Below, one piece after another: positions 57,265-64,000 of a stretch of DNA of 64,000 bases. Made by a program: the position numbers and the translations under genes. Origin of the DNA: an uncultured Candidatus Saccharibacteria bacterium (lineage in GTDB: Bacteria; Patescibacteriota; Minisyncoccia; Phycocordibacterales; Phycocordibacteraceae); assembly GCA_964607655.1 (NCBI GenBank), contig CAZSKX010000001.1:363010-427009 (forward strand), given 5' to 3'. The stretch's first letter is position 1; the number at the start of each line of letters is the position of its first letter. The notes below the pieces were generated by a model. The model made no database searches and was not told the DNA's origin. It saw nothing but the letters and a program-made list of their open reading frames with translations.

Positions 57265-57654
57265 ATGAAAATTTTTATAACCAGTGTGTTTGTCGAGAAC
57301 CAAGAAAAGGCGCTCACCTTTTATACAGGAACCCTTGGCTTTATTAAAAAGACCGACGTGGCCGCCGGTGACTACCGCTGGCTCACTGTCGTCTCACCCG
57401 AAGACCCGGGTGGCACTGAACTCCTCCTCGAGCCAAACGTAAATGAGGTCGCCAAGATATATCAAAACGGTCTTGTGGCTCAGGGCATCCCCGTGACGAT
57501 GTTTAGCGTGGCCGATGTCCAGGCGGAGTACGAACGCCTAAAGACGAAAAATGTACGGTTTGCCAAAGAACCCACGAACGTCGGTCCTGCGACGATTGCG
57601 GTCTTCGACGACACCTGTGGGAATCTGATTCAGATCTCGCACTTTAACGCGTAA
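57265..57654 (+). CDS. Glyoxalase/bleomycin-resistance (VOC) family protein
   Basis: 129 aa with a betaalphabetabetabeta-module-like pattern and conserved E/H positions. Confidence 0.6.
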   Translation: MKIFITSVFVENQEKALTFYTGTLGFIKKTDVAAGDYRWLTVVSPEDPGGTELLLEPNVNEVAKIYQNGLVAQGIPVTMFSVADVQAEYERLKTKNVRFAKEPTNVGPATIAVFDDTCGNLIQISHFNA

Positions 57655-57766
57655 CATCGAACTGTCATAGGGCGAATACGGCGCTTGACTAAAAAGTATA
57701 TTTATGGTATATAGACCATAGATGCCTCGTCCTGCGGGACGATAACTTGAAAGGAGAAGAGAGAAG

Positions 57767-58714
57767 ATGAACGGGAAACTGAAGAAGGTCGTCGGGCTCG
57801 TCGTGAGGTCGCTCACGATCGTGGCACTCATTTACCTCGGGGCGTTCCTCTGGAACGGAATCGTCCCGAACGAAGGTCCGTCGGTGACCAAGCAGGAGCA
57901 GCCGGGCGCGACGCTCGTCACTGCCCTCAAGGACTCCATCGACCGGGAGCTCGCCCACGGATGGGTCCCGAACGACTGGATCTGGCCGCCGGTGGTCTCG
58001 CGTAACTACGCAGACTTCCAGCGTGGTCAGCTCGACGTCTGGCGTCGTACGACGTATCAGTTGCGCGAGCACCTGTCGCGAGTGCGCACGACGGATGCGA
58101 TCGACCCAAACCTCGACGCCGCAAACGCGGCGTTGAACAACGAGGCCACGAAGTTCTGGCTCCCGAGCTTCGAGAAGAAGCTGCGGGAATCGGGCAGGGC
58201 GCTCGAGGCGTATGCCACCGCCCTACCCGAGAAGCAGAACTTCTCGCTGCGTGCCGACAACCTGGCCGAGCTCATCGCGAACATGGCTTCAACGATGGGC
58301 AACACCCAGAATCAGCTCGCGCAGGCGTTGCCGTCGCGTCTCGAAGTCCCTTCGGCCGAAACCGAGGGAGACTCGACGATCGACGACACCGCCGAAAGCG
58401 TGGAGGCGGGTGAAGTCGGGTACTGGGAGTCGAGCCGGATCTTTTTCAACGCGAAAGGACAGGCCTACGCGACACTCGTGATTCTCGAGGCTGTTCGCAT
58501 CGACTTCAACGACGTGCTGAAGAAGAAGAACTCCATCGCGCTCGTCGACGACGCCATCTTCTGGCTTCGTGAAGCGGTAGAGCTCCGACCGACCATCATC
58601 ATGAATGGCGATCGAGACGGAATCTTCGCCAATCATCTCGACAACTTCGCCGCACCGTTCGGTCAGGCGCGCGCGAAGCTCAACTCGCTGGCCGACGTGC
58701 TCTGGAACGGCTAA
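57767..58714 (+). CDS. Hypothetical membrane-anchored protein
   Basis: SD GAAAGGAGAAG upstream; N-terminal TM; terminator at 58731-58765. Confidence 0.45.
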   Translation: MNGKLKKVVGLVVRSLTIVALIYLGAFLWNGIVPNEGPSVTKQEQPGATLVTALKDSIDRELAHGWVPNDWIWPPVVSRNYADFQRGQLDVWRRTTYQLREHLSRVRTTDAIDPNLDAANAALNNEATKFWLPSFEKKLRESGRALEAYATALPEKQNFSLRADNLAELIANMASTMGNTQNQLAQALPSRLEVPSAETEGDSTIDDTAESVEAGEVGYWESSRIFFNAKGQAYATLVILEAVRIDFNDVLKKKNSIALVDDAIFWLREAVELRPTIIMNGDRDGIFANHLDNFAAPFGQARAKLNSLADVLWNG

Positions 58715-58775
58715 GGAACCGTTTCAGCGCAAAGCCGGGGGACACCTGTCCCCCGGCTTTTTCAATTTCTTTCTC

Positions 58776-59378
58776 TTACAACCTCGGTTCTGTGGCTGCT
58801 CTGCGGTACAAAAAGGTGTATGCGCTCGCGACTAAGGCGCTCACTCCATAGAAGATCCACAGGCTGCGCAGGAATCCTGTCTGGAGCTCGCTACCAAGGA
58901 GCAGTGAGTGCACCCAAATAACATAGAACCCGAGCGTACTTACCACGTCGATCAGCCACCAGTGCTCCCTCACCCACTGGTTACGGATAAAGGCCTTCCC
59001 GAGATCGTATGTGACGAGCATAAAGAACCCGATAATCCCGAGGACTATGGGGAGCGTATACGAAATGGAAACGTCGTTCATAAGGAAAAACAGAGTCCGT
59101 AGTGCCGGATGCAAGAGAATCGCGACGAGCACGATGTAGCTCGAGACGCGCTCAAAGAGGTCAAAAGCCGCATATTGTTCCAGCACATGTTTAAACGGTC
59201 GACCAATAATATGCAGATACATGATCGTGAATGCGATGAGTCCAAAGGCCGGAAAGACACTGAGCAAGAGCCACCGGTCTGCGCTGAAACTCGTGTTTAT
59301 ATACCAGACAAAAAGAGGATACCCGACGACGAACGCGCTGAGTATTGTTAGCCCTAACCGAACAGCGGTCTTATTCAT
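58776..59378 (-). CDS. Hypothetical polytopic membrane protein
   Basis: ~6 TM helices. Confidence 0.35.
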   Translation of the reverse strand: MNKTAVRLGLTILSAFVVGYPLFVWYINTSFSADRWLLLSVFPAFGLIAFTIMYLHIIGRPFKHVLEQYAAFDLFERVSSYIVLVAILLHPALRTLFFLMNDVSISYTLPIVLGIIGFFMLVTYDLGKAFIRNQWVREHWWLIDVVSTLGFYVIWVHSLLLGSELQTGFLRSLWIFYGVSALVASAYTFLYRRAATEPRL

Positions 59379-59733
59379 GCCGCTTATCCTGGTGGAGCAG
59401 CGCGAGAGCAAAAGTTGCCATCATAAGGCCGAAGTCTCGCACCGCCACTGAGTTGTACCCTAGGCTGATAGTAATCCCCGCGAGATGGAGCGCTAAGAGC
59501 AGCGCCGCCCACCGCACCCAGAGATTAAGTACGAGAAGCAGGCCACAGACTACTTCAAGCAATCCATTGAGAAGGACGAGCGCGGTCACCGGCAGCGGCA
59601 CCAGTCGCGCCACCGACAAGGGCACAAAACTGGTCCAGTCAGCAGGGTTGGTCAACTGAGAAAACCCAAACCAGAGAAACACGAGCGCGAGCCCGTATCG
59701 TAGCGTCAAGACTCCTAGTCTCTGCGATCCCAT
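59371..59733 (-). CDS. DoxX-family membrane protein
   Basis: 120 aa with four TM helices and the LRxGLALVFLWFGxxQL DoxX pattern. Confidence 0.55.
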   Translation of the reverse strand: MGSQRLGVLTLRYGLALVFLWFGFSQLTNPADWTSFVPLSVARLVPLPVTALVLLNGLLEVVCGLLLVLNLWVRWAALLLALHLAGITISLGYNSVAVRDFGLMMATFALALLHQDKRHE

Positions 59734-59843
59734 GCTCGTAGCATATCATGTGCTATTTCTCTCCTGGGACCTACGGGCTAGAGGCATTCATCTAAATCTC
59801 AGTGCCTAAGGCGCATAGTCAAAAGCTCATCACCTCATTACCT

Positions 59844-61577
59844 ATGACTCGACGATTCTTCGCCCCCCTGCTCGTGCTGACCTTTCTCTTCTCGCCATTT
59901 ATTGCACCACTCGAGGCGAGTGCTGCGGTATCAAACTGGCAGCGCAGTGTAAGTTTTTATCCTTTCTCTCCTACCGACTTCGAAAGCGAAGATTATAGAA
60001 AAAGCGTCGACCACTTTAAATCGCTTGGATTTAACTATGTGACGCTGATCATCCCGTATTCACAGGCGAACGCCTGGTCGTCAGATGTGTTCCCTGGTGG
60101 CAATGCGCCCACTGACGCTGCGCTCATAAGCGGTATCCAATACGCGCACAGTCAGGGCATGGGCGTAGTGCTCAAGCCACATCTCGACCCGCGCGACGGC
60201 GCGTGGCGCGCGCATATCCGCGCTAGCGACCGTGATGCCTGGTTTGCCAACTATCAGAACATGCTCACAAAGTATGCGACGATCGCGCGCGACCATAACG
60301 TCGAAGTGATCTGCATCGGCACCGAGCTGATCGCCATGGCCTCGAGCTGGGAGAACGGCGACAACACCACCCGCTGGCAAGGGATGATCGGTGCGGTGCG
60401 CAGCATCTACAGCGGCAAGCTTTTCTACGACGCGAACTGGGGTGGCGGCTCCTTCGAGAACGAGCCGCCACAGATCGGCTTCTGGGGTGACTTGGACTAC
60501 ATCGGAATCTCAGCGTATTACACCTTCTCTGGCGATGGTTCGGTGGCATCGCTTAAGAGTCAGTGGGACCAGATCAACAACAACACTATTCGCCCGCTTG
60601 CAGAGCAATACGGCAAGCCGATCCTCTTCGCCGAAGTCGGTTACCGCAGCTCTACGAACGCGTACCAGCAACCCTGGGACCCTTGGTATCCGGGCTCGTA
60701 TTCTGCCCAAGAGCAGATAAACGACTACATCGCGCTCGTCGAATATTGGAATGACTACTCGTACATGCAGGGTATCGGACTCTGGTATGCCGTGGTCGAC
60801 CCCAACGCGGGTGGCTCAGGTAACACAGACTACTTAATACAAAACAAACCGGTTGAGGCAACTTTCAAACAACTCTTTGGCGGCGGAACGACTCCCCCGC
60901 CGCCCCCTCCTGCGCCCATGAGTGGCTCCTATCGCACCGACGGATCAGTGAACCCCTCATCGGTGAACGCCGGCCAGCCCGTCGAACTCACCGCGTCGAT
61001 CACCAACACCGAGAGTGCGATGGGTGGTGCCAACATTGATCTCGAGGTGTATGACAGCGCGGGCAATCGCGTCCACCAGCAGATATTCGAGGGCCAGAGC
61101 TTCGCCGACGGCGAGTCGCGTGACTTCACCACCAGCTTCACACCGAGCACCGATGGCACCTACACCTTCAAGATCGGCGTGTTCTCTACGAACTGGGGCA
61201 CGCTCTACGTCTGGAATGACGAAGCTGCCAAGGTGCAGATAGGCGGCGGCACACCACCACCCCCGCCTCCACCACCGAGCGGCGATGTCTCAGTATGGTG
61301 GCCGACGGGCGGAGCGAATGTCTCGGGAGTCCAGCCCTTCAAAGCTCGCATCGACGATCGCGACCTCTCGAGCTACCAGATGTTCTGGCAGGTCGACGGC
61401 GATCGCCTGAACGATATGTACGACTCTGATCAAGATGCGCCGCACAAAGAAGCAATGGTCGATCTCTCCGGCTGGAGCTGGCGCGAAAACGGCCCGTACA
61501 CGATCACTTTTGTGGCTAAGGACTCGAACGGCACGACCATCGGACAGAAGTCAGTACAGATCACGGTCACTCACTAA
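59844..61577 (+). CDS. Secreted glycoside-hydrolase (clan GH-A, GH5/GH26/GH113-like) with Pro-rich linkers and two C-terminal beta-sandwich domains
   Basis: Signal peptide; catalytic-acid context ICIGTE and nucleophile context LFAEVGY; two PPPPPP linkers. Confidence 0.5.
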   Translation: MTRRFFAPLLVLTFLFSPFIAPLEASAAVSNWQRSVSFYPFSPTDFESEDYRKSVDHFKSLGFNYVTLIIPYSQANAWSSDVFPGGNAPTDAALISGIQYAHSQGMGVVLKPHLDPRDGAWRAHIRASDRDAWFANYQNMLTKYATIARDHNVEVICIGTELIAMASSWENGDNTTRWQGMIGAVRSIYSGKLFYDANWGGGSFENEPPQIGFWGDLDYIGISAYYTFSGDGSVASLKSQWDQINNNTIRPLAEQYGKPILFAEVGYRSSTNAYQQPWDPWYPGSYSAQEQINDYIALVEYWNDYSYMQGIGLWYAVVDPNAGGSGNTDYLIQNKPVEATFKQLFGGGTTPPPPPPAPMSGSYRTDGSVNPSSVNAGQPVELTASITNTESAMGGANIDLEVYDSAGNRVHQQIFEGQSFADGESRDFTTSFTPSTDGTYTFKIGVFSTNWGTLYVWNDEAAKVQIGGGTPPPPPPPPSGDVSVWWPTGGANVSGVQPFKARIDDRDLSSYQMFWQVDGDRLNDMYDSDQDAPHKEAMVDLSGWSWRENGPYTITFVAKDSNGTTIGQKSVQITVTH

Positions 61578-61599
61578 GGTATGCGGTGGCTAGCCAGGT

Positions 61600-62355
61600 C
61601 TATTTATTTAAGAATTTCGCGAGGGTGTATCCCCCATCAATAGTCAGGACTTCTCCGCACATGGCCTGATTCTTAATCAGAAACAGTGCCGCATCAGCGA
61701 TTTCTTCTGGCTCGATCATTCGCTTGGTAAGGTGTGCCTTACCCAACTCCGCTTTCTCCTCCTCGTTCTCGATATCCCACATCGAGGTCGCCACTCTGCC
61801 TGGGGCAATCGCATTCACTCGAATCTCTGGCGCGAGCTCCTTGGCCAAGTTCTTGGTGTAGCTGTTCAGGGCCGCTTTAAATGCCGAGTAGGCTATGGCT
61901 TCGGGTCGGCCGTACCCGAGCTGTCCATGCACGGAAGATATATTAAGGATGTTTGCTCCCGTCATGAGCGGCCGAACATATTTAGTCATGAGCACACAAC
62001 TCAAAAAATTGTTTCGGTACGTACTATCAAACGCCTCGAGGTCAGTGAAATGATCTCGTTCGTCGAATATACCCGCGTTGTTCACCAATACATCTACGTG
62101 ATCAAACTCGGCTGAAAACTGTCCAACCATTGTCTTAACTGCTGACTCTTCCGAAACATCTGCCTTAAGTAGGAGATGGCCGACTCCGTACTCCTCGCAC
62201 GCCCGCAACACTTCCTCGGCAGCGGTCGTATCCGACTTGTAATTAATAGCGACCTTATACCCCTCCTTCGCAAGCGCAATCGCAATGGCTCTGCCAATCC
62301 CTTTTGACGCACCAGTTACGAGAGCGACTTTGCTAGCAGTTTTAAATTTGGACAT
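61600..62355 (-). CDS. Short-chain dehydrogenase/reductase (FabG-like)
   Basis: TGASKGIGRAIA Rossmann motif and a YSAFK catalytic Tyr-Lys. Confidence 0.8.
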   Translation of the reverse strand: MSKFKTASKVALVTGASKGIGRAIAIALAKEGYKVAINYKSDTTAAEEVLRACEEYGVGHLLLKADVSEESAVKTMVGQFSAEFDHVDVLVNNAGIFDERDHFTDLEAFDSTYRNNFLSCVLMTKYVRPLMTGANILNISSVHGQLGYGRPEAIAYSAFKAALNSYTKNLAKELAPEIRVNAIAPGRVATSMWDIENEEEKAELGKAHLTKRMIEPEEIADAALFLIKNQAMCGEVLTIDGGYTLAKFLNK

Positions 62356-62902
62356 GATTATTTTCGTTGAGAAAAACCTCTATTTTTTTAAGCGCAACGC
62401 GGCGCATAGAAGTTTCTTTCTGTTCCTCTGGATCCATTTCGCCCCAGGTTTTAAGATGGCCTTTGGGAATAAAGATGGGGTCCCAGCCGAAGCCCTTCTC
62501 GCCTCGCGGTAGTGGTGCAATCGTGCCCTCTGCCTGACCTTCAAACATCTCGAGCGTAGCTCCATCATAAAGACCAAAACAGACTTCGGCCACGCAAGAG
62601 CGATCTTCATACGCATCAAGCAACTCGCAGAGGCCCGCGTTATCAAGTTCGGTTAAGAACCATTTAATCAACGGACCTGGCAACCGGCCAAAAGCAGCGA
62701 AGGTAAGCGAAGTGTCTTCGACCAACACGGGGGCATTTACCTGCTTATACGCTTCTCGTACCTTATGCTCGACGACTTCACGCAAATCAAGCGACTGGAT
62801 TTCGTGGAGATCAAGCTTCTTATGAGCCACAGGATGCTGTAGGTGTCGTCCGAGCTGTTCGGCCTTGGCGGCATTTCCCGTAATGAAAGTTATGTTCTGC
62901 AT
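62342..62902 (-). CDS. Non-canonical purine NTP pyrophosphatase (Ham1/RdgB ITPase)
   Basis: ITFITGNAAKAEQ N-terminal motif and FGWDPIF. Confidence 0.7.
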   Translation of the reverse strand: MQNITFITGNAAKAEQLGRHLQHPVAHKKLDLHEIQSLDLREVVEHKVREAYKQVNAPVLVEDTSLTFAAFGRLPGPLIKWFLTELDNAGLCELLDAYEDRSCVAEVCFGLYDGATLEMFEGQAEGTIAPLPRGEKGFGWDPIFIPKGHLKTWGEMDPEEQKETSMRRVALKKIEVFLNENNHVQI

Positions 62903-62906
62903 AGAT

Positions 62907-63242
62907 TTAGAATACCTTGGCTGAGAGAGGAACTTCAGATTCGGGGGCAAGGTAAATAGTCTCACCTTTCTCATTGGCCACGCCAAGCACCAGCACTTCA
63001 GATTTTTCGGGGCCCATCTGCTTAACTCCAAAGTTGAGCACCGCCACGATCTGCTTCCCTAGCAAGTCCTCTTTGGGATAGTTACGATACGCGCCACACG
63101 ACACTTTCGTGCCCACTTCAGGCCCAAAATCGATCGTGAGCCGATACGTAGGTTTCTTTGTCTCCGCGTCTTCCACTTTAACAATCCGACCGATGCGGAT
63201 GTCCAACGCATCAAAATTCTCGAATGAAGTGATGTCTTTCAT
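62907..63242 (-). CDS. tRNA-binding protein (CsaA/Trbp111 OB-fold)
   Basis: LDIRIGRIVKVE...KLLSCGAY-like pattern (VSCGAYRNYPKEDLLGKQIVAV). Confidence 0.6.
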   Translation of the reverse strand: MKDITSFENFDALDIRIGRIVKVEDAETKKPTYRLTIDFGPEVGTKVSCGAYRNYPKEDLLGKQIVAVLNFGVKQMGPEKSEVLVLGVANEKGETIYLAPESEVPLSAKVF

Positions 63243-63347
63243 GGTCTGATTGTAGCAAATTGCCCCATGTTTTCGACTCCGTAACCCCTCATTATCGAAT
63301 GTGATAAGATGCAAACGGATCAAGCAAACCACTCAAAGGAATCATTT

Positions 63348-63950
63348 ATGAAAACCCTCATCATGGGTACCACTAACCCCGCCAAGATCGCGCAAATCCG
63401 TGACGCGCTAGCGTCGATCGACGTGTCAGTAGTGGGCGTCGCAAGCAAGGAAATGCTGCCCGAGGTCATCGAAGATGGTGCGACGGTCCAGGAGAACGCA
63501 CGGAAGAAAGCGGTTACGTATGCAAAAGCTTTCGCTCAAACCGTGTTCTCGATGGACAATGCGCTCTATCTCTACGGTCTCGCGCCAGAAGACCAGCCCG
63601 GCATTCACGTGCGTCGTATTGGAGGAACTGTCGCGGCGACAGACGCTGAACTGCTTGAGCATGGCATTGCTGTCGTGGAGTCTCTTGGCGGCAAGGCTAC
63701 GGGGTACTGGGAGTACGGCGTCTGCATTGCCGACCCGAAGGGCAAGGTTTCGGAACTCACAATTCGAACTCCTCGGGTCTTCACGAGCAAGAAAAGTGAA
63801 AGCTTGGTACCAGGATACCCACTCGAGTCGATCCAGATCGATCCCGAAACTGGAAAGTACATTTCTGAACTGAACACCGAGGAGATGGCTGCCTTTTGGC
63901 AGCGAACCTTAGGGGCGCCCTTATGTGCGTTCGTAAGCGAGGTGCTCTAG
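63348..63950 (+). CDS. Ham1/Maf-superfamily-like protein (second ITPase-like paralog)
   Basis: N-terminal LIMGTTNPAKIAQI resembles the Ham1 N-terminal motif; the rest is divergent. Confidence 0.35.
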   Translation: MKTLIMGTTNPAKIAQIRDALASIDVSVVGVASKEMLPEVIEDGATVQENARKKAVTYAKAFAQTVFSMDNALYLYGLAPEDQPGIHVRRIGGTVAATDAELLEHGIAVVESLGGKATGYWEYGVCIADPKGKVSELTIRTPRVFTSKKSESLVPGYPLESIQIDPETGKYISELNTEEMAAFWQRTLGAPLCAFVSEVL

Positions 63951-64000
63951 TCGATGGGTCCCTACGCAATGATGCGTAGGGACTTTCTAATTAAGAGCTT

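Noticed and set aside
1-64000. CRISPR arrays, rRNA genes, IS elements/transposases
   Set aside because: No regularly spaced direct repeats with unique spacers, no rRNA-like conserved stretches and no transposase or integrase-like ORFs were recognisable anywhere in the window.

Overview
This is a high-GC (~60%) bacterial chromosomal segment with standard code 11 (TGA is used as a stop codon).

Backbone genes: infB-rbfA, a cysteine desulfurase, gyrA, rpsA, pth, lepB, a HisRS-like protein, rpsU-ybeY-ftsA-[orf]-ftsZ, trxB, a P-type ATPase, PP2C, rarA, SPFH, sppA, tspO and a Na+/Ca2+ exchanger. Several traits suggest a small-genome, Patescibacteria (CPR)-like lineage: a short IF-2, many small membrane proteins and TrbC/VirB2-like pilins.

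Six tRNAs were found by hand-folding: Cys-GCA, Leu-TAA, Leu-TAG, Lys-CTT, Ser-CGA and Glu-TTC.

Three accessory loci stand out:
- 41.5-44.8 kb: a low-GC (~42%) island carrying a translationally coupled three-gene operon. It encodes an EcoRI-family N6-adenine MTase, a ParB/DUF262 + HNH nuclease and a DUF3800 protein. This looks like a candidate uncharacterised restriction/defence module.
- 11.8-16.0 kb: an eight-gene minus-strand operon. It runs SAM-MTase, solute-binding-protein-like, then six tandem paralogous TrbC/VirB2-type pilin-like genes.
- 20.0-22.2 kb: a modular cassette of five small ORFs. Each has its own SD, duplicated sigma70-like promoters with a shared 5'UTR motif, and repeated terminator hairpins. 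Two of the ORFs are paralogous small 'SGPCD' cysteine proteins.

Other points: tRNA 3'-end and T-arm fragments are repeated next to three tRNA genes, and a coiled-coil ORF is inserted between ftsA and ftsZ. No CRISPR array, rRNA or recognisable transposase was seen.
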